Positions 44,189-53,053 of a stretch of DNA of 64,000 nt are shown here, one piece after another. The notes under the pieces were generated by a model. It ran no database searches, was not told where the DNA came from, and saw only the letters and a list, made by a program, of their open reading frames with translations. Origin of the DNA: Smithella sp. (GTDB lineage Bacteria > Desulfobacterota > Syntrophia > Syntrophales > Smithellaceae); NCBI GenBank assembly GCA_049523355.1, contig JBEKMY010000022.1, positions 7,440 through 71,439 of the forward strand, in the 5' to 3' direction. The translations under genes and the position numbers were made by a program. Position 1 is the first letter of the stretch. Every line of letters starts with the position of its first letter.

Positions 44189-44821
44189 TTAATTCATTAT
44201 CAAAATGATCGTCCGATATAAAAAATAAATCCCAAACACAACCAGAGATGTTCCGGCGATCAAAGAAATAAACCCCACTATTTTCTCATTGATGATTTTT
44301 TTGCCCCAATGCAGAGAGGCGGCAAGAAAAAACACCCAGATAAAACAGCCCAGCAAAATGGAAAGACATGATAAAAAAGTGGATAAATTCGTTTGTGCGT
44401 TCGTTTGTGACGCCAACAGGGCTCCGAAAACACCTGTCCACCAGATAATTGTCATCGGGCTGCAAATAGCCAGAACGTAACCGGTTATAAAAGAATTTTT
44501 ACGCATCCGCCGCGATTGATATTTTCCAACGGCTTTATGAAAAAACTCTTTCGCGCTGACTAAACCCAGATAAATCAAAATAAAGCTTCCCGCTATACCA
44601 AGAACAATTCTTATAAAGGAGATATTTAAAAAAGAAGTAAGGCCGAAAAAGATGAGAGTCAGATAAGTTGAATCGGCGCTCATCGCGCCCGCGCCGGTAA
44701 GAAACGCCTGCCTGAAACCGGAGTTCAATCCGCGTTTGATTATTTCCAGATTGACCGGTCCAATCGGCGCGGCAAGGGAAAGCCCTAAAATTATATTTTG
44801 CAGTAAGGAATATTTTCCCAA
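44189..44821 (-). CDS. LysE family amino-acid exporter
   Basis: Six TM helices and the N-terminal AAPIGPVNLEIIKRGL signature. Confidence 0.8.
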   Translation of the reverse strand: MGKYSLLQNIILGLSLAAPIGPVNLEIIKRGLNSGFRQAFLTGAGAMSADSTYLTLIFFGLTSFLNISFIRIVLGIAGSFILIYLGLVSAKEFFHKAVGKYQSRRMRKNSFITGYVLAICSPMTIIWWTGVFGALLASQTNAQTNLSTFLSCLSILLGCFIWVFFLAASLHWGKKIINEKIVGFISLIAGTSLVVFGIYFLYRTIILIMN

Positions 44822-45061
44822 GTCAAATGCTCACTTTAAAACGGCCGCAATATTTCACGGCGGGTACATGTAGTTGTAAATCGCATAAATTTATAAATTT
44901 GTTTTTATTATGCGGAAGAACAGGCTTATTTTTATCGTTTTAAATAACTTGACACGGAGTCGAAATGCGCCGTTTTCAGGTCTTTCAGCTCCGTGTCATT
45001 CATTATCACTTTTTTTATGTTTCCCTTAAAGAGTATTATAACACTTTATCAAAACATCCGT

Positions 45062-45706
45062 TCATTTCAAATGAATTTGTTTTCGCAGCGTGTCAATATC
45101 TGCTTTTCTAATGTATTCAATAATGTTCTTGTAGCACATATAGTGAAAACCATATCCCCCGTTGACCATTTCATCAATCGCTTTATCTTTTGTCCACCTT
45201 TGATAAATAATCCGGTACATGGCGATCATCAAACCTGTGCGATCCGAGCCATATTGACAATGAATAAGAAACGGCCCGTTTTCTTGGTTCGAGATAATCT
45301 TCATAACTTTGATCACGTCTTTGTCGATCACTTTCGAATCCTCCTCGCCCGCGTTCATGGGCACTCGCTCGATACGAAACTTCGACGCGGCGACCGGGAT
45401 GGTATCTCCATGGAATTCTCTCAGATCAATGATTGTCTTTATCTTAATTCCGGCCTTAGGATCAACAAGTTGCGCGAATCCGTCTTCGGTCGGTTGCGCG
45501 CTTCTATATAGATTACTGTTTATCTTGTAAAAATTAGATACATCACAAGTGCTCTTCATTTGAACAGCCCATGCTGAAGGACGCGGACCAATCGCCGAGG
45601 TCGATTTACATGTGACGCAACCTGACATAAGAAGTATAACCGCCAAGAAAAGTAATCCAATATAATTTCTTAATATTGATTTTTTCATGCTTCCTCCTTT
45701 CTGCAT
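45062..45706 (-). CDS. lipoprotein-type dual-specificity/tyrosine protein phosphatase
   Basis: The HCQYGSDRTG CX5R active site supports the minus strand over the overlapping plus-strand ORF. Lipobox LLMSGC. Confidence 0.8.
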   Translation of the reverse strand: MQKGGSMKKSILRNYIGLLFLAVILLMSGCVTCKSTSAIGPRPSAWAVQMKSTCDVSNFYKINSNLYRSAQPTEDGFAQLVDPKAGIKIKTIIDLREFHGDTIPVAASKFRIERVPMNAGEEDSKVIDKDVIKVMKIISNQENGPFLIHCQYGSDRTGLMIAMYRIIYQRWTKDKAIDEMVNGGYGFHYMCYKNIIEYIRKADIDTLRKQIHLK

Positions 45707-45817
45707 TTGTCTGGTTTCTAAAACTGTTTACACCTTTGGCGCTGTCCAATTTTGCCGGCGTAAGCCGGGTCATAATCACCCCGGCGCAATGTTTTGCGCC
45801 GGGAGAGATATATGGGT

Positions 45818-47041
45818 TTATGAAATTTCTTCTATACCGAGCGGATATTTTGACAGAACCTCGCAGCCGCCTTTTACGATGACAATATCATTCTCATAGC
45901 GGAATCCAATATTCTCTTCCGGCGCGGCATACTGCATTGCACAGACAACCATTTCATTTTCCTGATAGACATGATCCTGATCAGTCCAGTAGGGAAGGTC
46001 GGGATTAACGATTGCGCCTATACGCCATTCATCGCCGAAAAGACCGATGCCGTGTTCACAGGCGGGCTGAATAAAATCGCCGCAACCGCGCCCCTCCGCG
46101 AAGTCCATCATCAAAGCGGCAAGCGTTCCGGGTGTTGTGCCTGCGCGATAATTATCGATTACTTTCTGAACAATCGCGACAAAATTATCCGCGTGCCAGC
46201 GCTGACGTTTTGTCGTGGGCCCGATCAGATAATTATGCGAATGGTCGCCCAGCGCCAGTTTAAACATCGCGTGAAAATCCAGCATCAGTGGCTCGCCCGC
46301 TTTAATCTCTTTGGTAGTCGGAGGCGTACATGCGCCCAATCCGGTGCGGTATCCGCTGGAAATTTCATTGAGCCCCGCGAAATTCCACTCGGACACACTG
46401 CCTGCTTTGCGCATGGCCAGCGCGGCGATGCCGGCAATCACTGTTTCCGTCATTCCTTTGTATCCGCCATGCTCAAGCGCCGCCCGCGCCGCCTTGTGTC
46501 CTTCATCGACAATAATCGAAGCGGTACGAAAACGTTCAATAGTGCCTTTGTCTTTGATAAGTGAAAGAGCATCAATAATGTCGTGCGAGTTTACCCATTC
46601 AAAACCCGGCAGAGCGTCTTTAAAATGCGTATATTCCCAATGGGAAAGATTTCCTTCTGCTGTATAAGAGGAAATTCCGTCCTCATATCCGAGACGTCCT
46701 TTTTTGATACCGAGGTCATCCTTTATGAAATCGGTTATTGCGGAGACCTGATCCATGCCGCCCATCGGCCCGTAGGCGCGAACATGGTCGCTATCCAGCC
46801 ATGTTTCGTCACCGACACGCATCGCATCAACAACAAAGGTAAAATAGGTTGGCTGGCCTTGGGGCGGGATGATGATATAACTTCTCCAGGGACAGAATGT
46901 ATCCATAACAAAACTCATGGTGCGTATGCGTGAACCGAGATACACATCGATTCCCCGTTTGTGCATTTCGGTTTGTATTGCCCCAACGCGTCCAGGGTTG
47001 TCTATATAATACTTATCTTTCGGATCTAATATTCTGGTCAT
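45818..47041 (-). CDS. M24 family metallopeptidase (Xaa-Pro peptidase/creatinase-like)
   Basis: Creatinase-like N-terminal domain plus pita-bread-fold motifs (DFHAMF, GDHSHN, EHGIG). Confidence 0.75.
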   Translation of the reverse strand: MTRILDPKDKYYIDNPGRVGAIQTEMHKRGIDVYLGSRIRTMSFVMDTFCPWRSYIIIPPQGQPTYFTFVVDAMRVGDETWLDSDHVRAYGPMGGMDQVSAITDFIKDDLGIKKGRLGYEDGISSYTAEGNLSHWEYTHFKDALPGFEWVNSHDIIDALSLIKDKGTIERFRTASIIVDEGHKAARAALEHGGYKGMTETVIAGIAALAMRKAGSVSEWNFAGLNEISSGYRTGLGACTPPTTKEIKAGEPLMLDFHAMFKLALGDHSHNYLIGPTTKRQRWHADNFVAIVQKVIDNYRAGTTPGTLAALMMDFAEGRGCGDFIQPACEHGIGLFGDEWRIGAIVNPDLPYWTDQDHVYQENEMVVCAMQYAAPEENIGFRYENDIVIVKGGCEVLSKYPLGIEEIS

Positions 47042-47054
47042 ATTTTATCTCCCT

Positions 47055-47456
47055 TTAATACTGAGTTGGAATCTTGGCCAGAACTTTATTCATTCTGTCT
47101 GACACGGCTGCGAGTTTCAGCGCTTTGGCCAGATTGCCTTTTAGTTTAAGTTTCCCGGTCATCATAGCCTTTTGCGCACCCAGTTCCGCGCGGGAAATTC
47201 TGGCAAAAATTTCATAATCGCCAATGATTAAAAATTCAGCCTTGGGAGGCTCGCCGGTTCCGGTTTCAAATCGGGTAACTTTCCCGTCCTTGCATTCAAC
47301 AAATAAAAACATTTCCACCCCGCCGGGACAGTTTTTGTAAATGTTTGACATTGATGTGGTGACTTTATTCATTTTTTCCGGGGTAAGTTCCGATTGAAGT
47401 CTTTTGAGCGCTTCATCGCGCCATGACGGGCCTAAATACGCGTGCAGATCTGACAT
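47055..47456 (-). CDS. SCP2 sterol-carrier-like domain protein
   Basis: C-terminal GKLKLKGNLAKALKL SCP2 signature. Start at MSDLH with a CAGGAGG RBS. Confidence 0.7.
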   Translation of the reverse strand: MSDLHAYLGPSWRDEALKRLQSELTPEKMNKVTTSMSNIYKNCPGGVEMFLFVECKDGKVTRFETGTGEPPKAEFLIIGDYEIFARISRAELGAQKAMMTGKLKLKGNLAKALKLAAVSDRMNKVLAKIPTQY

Positions 47457-47734
47457 GTTGATTCCTCCTGCTTTGTCTTGTTTGTCGGGCAACACGGATG
47501 TGCTGACCGTATAGATTTTTATTTACAAATGGCACCTTTCCTTAAACGACGGTTTAATAACAAATCTCCTTAATTTTAAAAATTATAAGGGCAAAAAACG
47601 GACATGTCAACTTACATTATCCAGCCAAAGCTTTGCAGCTTTTTTATTTAATGACTAAGGCGCAAAGAATCAGATAATTCTGACGTCTTTGCGCCCCGGT
47701 ATTTTACTTGAAACTTTAAAAAATTCTTTTGCTC

Positions 47735-48307
47735 TTATTTGCCAAGCATCCCCGCTTTTAAATCTTTATCCGCCGGTTTGACACCGAGCCATATTCCGAA
47801 AAGCGCCTTTTTGAAATCCAGTCCTTGTACCGTGCACTTAAGCTCTTTATTTTTGTATACGTTTGTTCCCTCCGCGGGAATATATATAATATCATACACG
47901 TCGCCTATTTTGATGTTATCCTTAAAAGTTGAAACAAACGAGTCTATCCTGTCTTTGTAAGGCGTCGTGTTGCCGTTAGTGGAATTATTGAATCCCTCAC
48001 GGGTGGCTTGTTCCATCTTTTTGCCTGTTATCATTTTGGATATGATGAGGAGCTTGACCGACATGGTCTCATCGGCGTTTATTATCGCGACGGCATCTCC
48101 GCTTTTTTGCCTGAGGTAAAGCCCGCCAATGTAAGCTTTAATAAATAATTTTGTTCTGATTCCGGCCCCGTTCAATACCAGAACATCACTACCAGCCAGG
48201 ATGCTGTCCGGTATGTCTATATCGGCAACTTCTTTCGCGTAGCCGGTAGACGTAATAACAAGAAGGGCGGAAAACAAAAAAAATAATTTTTTAAACATTA
48301 CGGGCAC
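47735..48307 (-). CDS. secreted chalcone-isomerase-like family protein
   Basis: Signal peptide, LNGAGIRTKLFIKAYIGGLYL and ALFGIWLG motifs. Confidence 0.75.
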   Translation of the reverse strand: MPVMFKKLFFLFSALLVITSTGYAKEVADIDIPDSILAGSDVLVLNGAGIRTKLFIKAYIGGLYLRQKSGDAVAIINADETMSVKLLIISKMITGKKMEQATREGFNNSTNGNTTPYKDRIDSFVSTFKDNIKIGDVYDIIYIPAEGTNVYKNKELKCTVQGLDFKKALFGIWLGVKPADKDLKAGMLGK

Positions 48308-48503
48308 CTCTCTTTTTTTATTTTAGCCTTTAAAAGACCAACTAAATAATATGATTATGCTACTGTTCCTGTCAAGGATTGATAATGCTCTACTTTTTTT
48401 GCGAAGAGAGTATAGGAGGAAAGTCATTTGTATGTCAATTATTTTTATCAGCAAGATGTTTTGCTCCCAATAAAAAAACACCATTTTGCGGGAAGGCTTT
48501 TTC

Positions 48504-48532
48504 TTGACAAACATTCGTAAACACATTTAAAT
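48504..48532 (+). promoter_or_regulatory. sigma-70-type promoter
   Basis: TTGACA, 17 nt, TTAAAT, upstream of the SGNH hydrolase gene. Confidence 0.4.
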
Positions 48533-48584
48533 GTGAATGCCTAAGGCAATGGTATGTGCGCAATTTATTATTTTAGGTAATTGT

Positions 48585-49214
48585 ATGTATATAGCAAAAT
48601 CTCAGAAAGTAATATTTCTGCTGCTGGCAATTTTGGCAGTCTTTACCCTGACTGCCTGTCAGAAGCCTGCCAGACTGCCGGTGCTTGACAAAAGTGATGT
48701 TGTTGTCGCGTTTGGCGACAGTATAACTTTCGGTACAGGAGCCGATCCGCGGGAGAGCTATCCTGCAGTTTTGGAACAAATGATCGGAAGAAGGGTAGTT
48801 AATGCCGGTGTTCCCGGAGAAGTCACAGCAGAAGGATTGTCCCGCCTGCCGCAGATTTTGGATCAGGAGAAGCCGGCCTTGTTGATTCTTTGTCATGGCG
48901 GCAATGATACTCTCCGGCAGTTGAGCCGCGTTCAGACCGCCGATAACATCAGAGAAATGGTCCGCCTGGCCAGGCAAAGGGGCGTGGCGGTTGTTTTAAT
49001 CGCGGTGCCTTCTTTAGGTCTTTCTGTTTCACCGGCACCGATGTATCGCGACATTGCCAAAGAACTTAAAATTCCTTTGGAAGAAACAACATTATCCGAC
49101 ATATTGGCCGATGGTTCCCTCAAATCGGACTTAATTCATCCCAACGCTGCGGGATATCGCCGTCTGGCCGAGGCTGTTGCAATGCTTCTGAAAAAAAGCG
49201 GAGCAATCGATTAG
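48585..49214 (+). CDS. SGNH/GDSL hydrolase (arylesterase/TesA-like), lipoprotein
   Basis: VVAFGDSITFG, HGGND, DLIHPN. Lipobox LTAC after start MYIAKSQ. Confidence 0.8.
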   Translation: MYIAKSQKVIFLLLAILAVFTLTACQKPARLPVLDKSDVVVAFGDSITFGTGADPRESYPAVLEQMIGRRVVNAGVPGEVTAEGLSRLPQILDQEKPALLILCHGGNDTLRQLSRVQTADNIREMVRLARQRGVAVVLIAVPSLGLSVSPAPMYRDIAKELKIPLEETTLSDILADGSLKSDLIHPNAAGYRRLAEAVAMLLKKSGAID

Positions 49215-49268
49215 TTTCAATTTTTCATGCTTCCTGTCATTATTGTGCTGACGGGAATCCGCCGGACA

Positions 49269-49640
49269 TCATCTCTTTTGCGGGATGATTTCGAGCCAGT
49301 AATCGTCCGGATCATTAATAAAGTAGATTCCCATGGCTTTATTTTCAAAACAGATACAGCCCATTTTTTCATGCAGGGCATGAGCGGCGGTAAAATCATC
49401 CACTTTAAAAGCAAGATGAAATTCGTTGTCCCCCAGATTGTAAGGTTCTTTTCTGTCTTTGAGCCAGGTTAACTCCAACTGATGCGGCATTTTACCATCG
49501 CCAAGAAAGACGATGATAAAACTTCCGTCCGGCGCGTTTATACGCCGGACTTCCGTCAATTGCAGGGCGTTTTTGTAAAAGGCAATACTCTTTTCCAAAT
49601 TAATCACGTTGAAATTATTGTGGGCGAAAGTAAATTCCAT
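49269..49640 (-). CDS. VOC family protein / lactoylglutathione lyase-like
   Basis: HNNFNVINLEKSIAFY...LELTW...HLAF...DPDDYWLEII glyoxalase-fold pattern. Start at MEFTF. Confidence 0.75.
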   Translation of the reverse strand: MEFTFAHNNFNVINLEKSIAFYKNALQLTEVRRINAPDGSFIIVFLGDGKMPHQLELTWLKDRKEPYNLGDNEFHLAFKVDDFTAAHALHEKMGCICFENKAMGIYFINDPDDYWLEIIPQKR

Positions 49641-49690
49641 ATATTTGTTCCTTTCATGATATTTGCATTTCAATTAAGCCAAGTATTTCC

Positions 49691-50284
49691 TCATTTAATT
49701 TTATCGAGAAGGTCGCGGAATGTTTCTATCGGCTGCGCCCCGACTATTTGATATTTGTTCTCTATGATGAATAGCGGGATGCCTGTCAAGCCGATCAACC
49801 CTCCTTCTTTTCTGGCCTGGTTCAGACGTAATTCATATCGGCCATCGCGAACAGCGCTGAGCATTTCCTTTTCATCAAGACCGCTTTTTTTAGCAACGGC
49901 GGCAATAACATCCGGCTTGCCGATATCCAATCCTTCCGTAAAATACGCATGAAACATGTTCTCATGAAAAGAATCGTATCGGCCTTTGTCGCGGGCAAAT
50001 TCAGAGGCTATCAGCGCTGATCTGGAATTGGAAAGAACGGTGTGACTTCCGAAGACAACGCCCACTTCGGCTCCCCGTTTGCGCAGCTGGTCATAGAATA
50101 GAGAGAGATCGTTACCTCTGAATCTCTCGGAAAGCAACATTCCGCCGGGCGGCGTCTCCGGATGAAGCTCGTAACTCACCCATGTATCTTCAATGGCGTA
50201 TTCTTTTTTTAACCGGTCGACAATGCCCTTGCCGATATAACAAAAGGGACAAATATAGTCGGAAAATATTTTAAAGTTAATCAT
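49691..50284 (-). CDS. DsbA family oxidoreductase (FrnE/HCCA-isomerase-like)
   Basis: FSDYICPFCY redox motif near the N-terminus and GIPLFII near the C-terminus. Confidence 0.8.
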   Translation of the reverse strand: MINFKIFSDYICPFCYIGKGIVDRLKKEYAIEDTWVSYELHPETPPGGMLLSERFRGNDLSLFYDQLRKRGAEVGVVFGSHTVLSNSRSALIASEFARDKGRYDSFHENMFHAYFTEGLDIGKPDVIAAVAKKSGLDEKEMLSAVRDGRYELRLNQARKEGGLIGLTGIPLFIIENKYQIVGAQPIETFRDLLDKIK

Positions 50285-50363
50285 TATTTTATTCCTCCGA
50301 AGAAACTTTCCCGCCCCTTGTGACTGCGTAAAATAACAAAAAATGTTATTGTATATCCTTTGC

Positions 50364-50394
50364 TGACGGAGGTGTCACTTAAGTGACGGAGGTG
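50364..50394. promoter_or_regulatory. candidate operator: 14-bp palindrome flanked by an 11-bp direct repeat
   Basis: tgacggaggtg at 50364-50374 and again at 50384-50394. GTCACTTAAGTGAC palindrome at 50374-50387. 80-110 bp upstream of the DsbA-family start. Confidence 0.35.
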
Positions 50395-50595
50395 AATAGA
50401 GGGACTCAAATTTGTAGCTTGGATAAAATTTACTGCTCCATTAATACATACACACCCTCAAATCCCGCGCTAGCTGGGGACGGACATGCAAACGGTTTAT
50501 AGATGTCCTATGTAGAGAAGAAGCAAAATCGCCAGAATATGTAATATCCACCAGCCAGGTTTGAATAATATAAAATATTTCATGGCTCCATCCTT

Positions 50596-51096
50596 CTATT
50601 TCCAGAAATAAATGCCTATAAGGTAAACGGCGGTTAGCGTGACAACATGCGCATACCAGAATCCCATGTTGGGAAAGCGGAAAAATCTGCCGCCGCGCAC
50701 CGATTCATCGGGACGTTGAATTGTACTTTCCATATCAAAAAGGGCTTTACCTACGGCAAATTTACCCCAAAGCAAAACAATATCGGCCAGCAGCGTTCCA
50801 AACAAAATTGTCTGTAGAGTCCATACCGGCGGAGGATTTTTAATTGAAAAATGAGCCATCGTAATTGTACCGATGATTACCGTTATGCCATTTAGAAGAT
50901 AAGCAAAAGAGATTGTTGAACGAAACATGAACAGGACAGGAATGATGATCGCGCTGATAAAACCGGCCACGGCAGGTACAATATTTTCCGCGTCTTTGGC
51001 AAGCGGATGTATCCTCAGATGCAGCAGCCAGCCGCCCAAAGCTAAAAAGAAGATGGCCAGAAGCAATGTTCGCTGAAGAGAATCTTTTTTCTTCAT
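50596..51096 (-). CDS. integral membrane protein, hypothetical
   Basis: 166 aa with about 5 hydrophobic helices. No recognisable motif. Confidence 0.55.
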   Translation of the reverse strand: MKKKDSLQRTLLLAIFFLALGGWLLHLRIHPLAKDAENIVPAVAGFISAIIIPVLFMFRSTISFAYLLNGITVIIGTITMAHFSIKNPPPVWTLQTILFGTLLADIVLLWGKFAVGKALFDMESTIQRPDESVRGGRFFRFPNMGFWYAHVVTLTAVYLIGIYFWK

Positions 51097-51398
51097 AGTT
51101 CACCTCTTGTTGTTTTAGGTTACTAAGACTCAAAAGAACAATTATCTATTTTTATAAATGCAAAATGGTTTATTAAATATACTCGCATTTTTTTTAATTT
51201 CAATTTGTTTTTCGGTAAAAAAACATTCTGGATTGCCGATTTTTCCGGACACCGGCCTTCGCCGGTGCGACGATTTTGACTTGATGATACAAATGAAGGA
51301 TCGAAATATTTTATGGAAAAACGTAAAAATGTTAAGTAAAATAATAGCGCCCTGCATGCGCCGGGGCTTCTTTTATTTAGAAATGGCGAGGAGGAATT

Positions 51399-51836
51399 AT
51401 GGATAGAGCACAGCTTGCGGTTGCCAAATTTGCGTCAGGTTATAATTGCGCGCAGTCGGTTCTTTTCTCTTTTTGTGACGATCTCGGTTTGGATAAGAAT
51501 AAAGCGCTCAAGATGGCCTGCGGCTTTGGCGCGGGTATGGGAAGGAAAGAGGAAGTTTGCGGAGCTGTGACCGGCGGGATCATGGTAATCGGCGCTAAAT
51601 ACGGCAGGGGAGAAAATGAAGACCGGAGCGCCACGGACACTGCTTATGTAAAGATAAGGGAATTTATGGATCGATTTTCCCAAAGACACGGCACTTATAT
51701 CTGTCGCGAATTGTTAAATGGTTGCGAGTTAACGACGGAAGAAGGGCAGAAGGCATTTATTGGTAACGATTATCTTAATAAAGTATGCAAAGTGTGCGTT
51801 AAGAGCGCGGTGGAAATACTTGAAAACATTATTTAG
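51399..51836 (+). CDS. C_GCAxxG_C_C family protein
   Basis: GYNCAQSVL...CGAVTGG...C..C pattern. Confidence 0.8.
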   Translation: MDRAQLAVAKFASGYNCAQSVLFSFCDDLGLDKNKALKMACGFGAGMGRKEEVCGAVTGGIMVIGAKYGRGENEDRSATDTAYVKIREFMDRFSQRHGTYICRELLNGCELTTEEGQKAFIGNDYLNKVCKVCVKSAVEILENII

Positions 51837-51896
51837 AACAGCTACAATATCCCTGTGAAATTTGATAATTAAAACCACAAAAAAAAGAGTTCACAA

Positions 51897-52280
51897 ATGG
51901 AAAAGAAGCAAAAATTTAAAATCTCAACATCTGTGCACGAAGACATTCCGGAAATTATCATCACAGGGGAAATAACCACTGATTCTATAGAAAAATTACA
52001 GAACGAAGTCATTGCGATTGCGAACTCAATAAATCCCCAAAATGTGTTGGTAGATGTCAGTGCGCTCAAAGGGCGTTTCGGATTTACAGAAGCGTATTTT
52101 CGCGTCAGGGATTATCCCTCGGATCTGCCAAGAGTTAATATTGCTTGTGTTGATCTTGCTGAAAATGCGGAATACCAGTCGTTTCATGAAAATACGGCTG
52201 TTAATGCGGGCCTGTCTTTTAAATGGTTTTCTGATATTGATGCCGCCAGAGCATGGCTTAAAAGTAAGTCTAAAAAATAA
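51897..52280 (+). CDS. hypothetical protein (possibly STAS-like)
   Basis: 127-aa ORF in clean intergenic context. The fold assignment is a guess. Confidence 0.5.
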   Translation: MEKKQKFKISTSVHEDIPEIIITGEITTDSIEKLQNEVIAIANSINPQNVLVDVSALKGRFGFTEAYFRVRDYPSDLPRVNIACVDLAENAEYQSFHENTAVNAGLSFKWFSDIDAARAWLKSKSKK

Positions 52281-52296
52281 AACAGTGTGTCAGCAG

Positions 52297-52857
52297 ATGA
52301 ATAAAAAGATTATCAAACCTACACCCTACGGATCTGTTTGTATCATATGGTCCATATCAAATAATTCTCCCCTGATTGCCGGTGTTCTGCTTTCCCGGCC
52401 TGGGCTGTCGGCTGAAGATCATACATCTGCGCTTTTCCCGGATTCCCGAATATTTTCCTGTGCGAAAATTGACGCGATAGCGCTTTCCATCAAGGCTTAT
52501 CTTGAAGGAGAGGACATTAAGTTTCCGCTGAATATTGTCGATTTTTCATTGTGCTCGAAATTTCAGCAATCGGTTTTACGCGCCGAGCATGCAATCCCGC
52601 GCGGCAGTGTCAGCACTTACGGGCTTATCGCGGCGCATTTGGGGATACCCGGGGGAGCACGGGCGGTGGGAAACGCTCTTGCTGGTAATCCTTTCCCCCT
52701 GATCGTTCCATGTCATCGGGCAATCCTCTCCAATCTTCATCTTGGCGGCTTTCAGGGTGGCGCAGAAATGAAGAAGGCTTTGTTGAAAAAAGAAGGTATA
52801 ATTTTTGATAAGGCGGGAAGGGTGATTAGTACACAATTGCATTATAGCCGAACGTAG
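52297..52857 (+). CDS. ogt: methylated-DNA-protein-cysteine methyltransferase
   Basis: IPRGSVSTYGLIA...GNALAGNPFPLIVPCHRAI active-site motif. Start at MNKKIIKP; the longer ORF 52054.. overlaps the upstream gene. Confidence 0.85.
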   Translation: MNKKIIKPTPYGSVCIIWSISNNSPLIAGVLLSRPGLSAEDHTSALFPDSRIFSCAKIDAIALSIKAYLEGEDIKFPLNIVDFSLCSKFQQSVLRAEHAIPRGSVSTYGLIAAHLGIPGGARAVGNALAGNPFPLIVPCHRAILSNLHLGGFQGGAEMKKALLKKEGIIFDKAGRVISTQLHYSRT

Positions 52858-52925
52858 AAGTTTGAATCCTTTCTTTAAACAGCAAAAATTGTCACCACGC
52901 CGCACACCTTACGGCCAAAACATTC

Positions 52926-52954
52926 TTGACATACAAGCCCGAAATTCGTATCTT
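52926..52954 (+). promoter_or_regulatory. sigma-70-type promoter
   Basis: TTGACA, 17 nt, TATCTT. About 100-nt leader before the acyl-CoA synthetase ATG. Confidence 0.45.
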
Positions 52955-53053
52955 GTCACCCATAAAAAACAAGTCCCTGTCAAACTTGTTAATTATGAAG
53001 AATGCCCGTGTAATACGGGTGAAAAACAGAAGAAAATCAAAAGGAACGAGAAA

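Noticed and set aside
44993-45511. 172-aa plus-strand ORF overlapping the phosphatase gene
   Set aside because: The minus-strand frame contains the HCQYGSDRTG CX5R active site and a lipoprotein signal. The plus-strand frame has nothing recognisable.
52054-52296. Long N-terminal extension of the ogt ORF
   Set aside because: It overlaps the upstream gene 51897-52280 in another frame. The methyltransferase homology starts at MNKKIIKP (52297).
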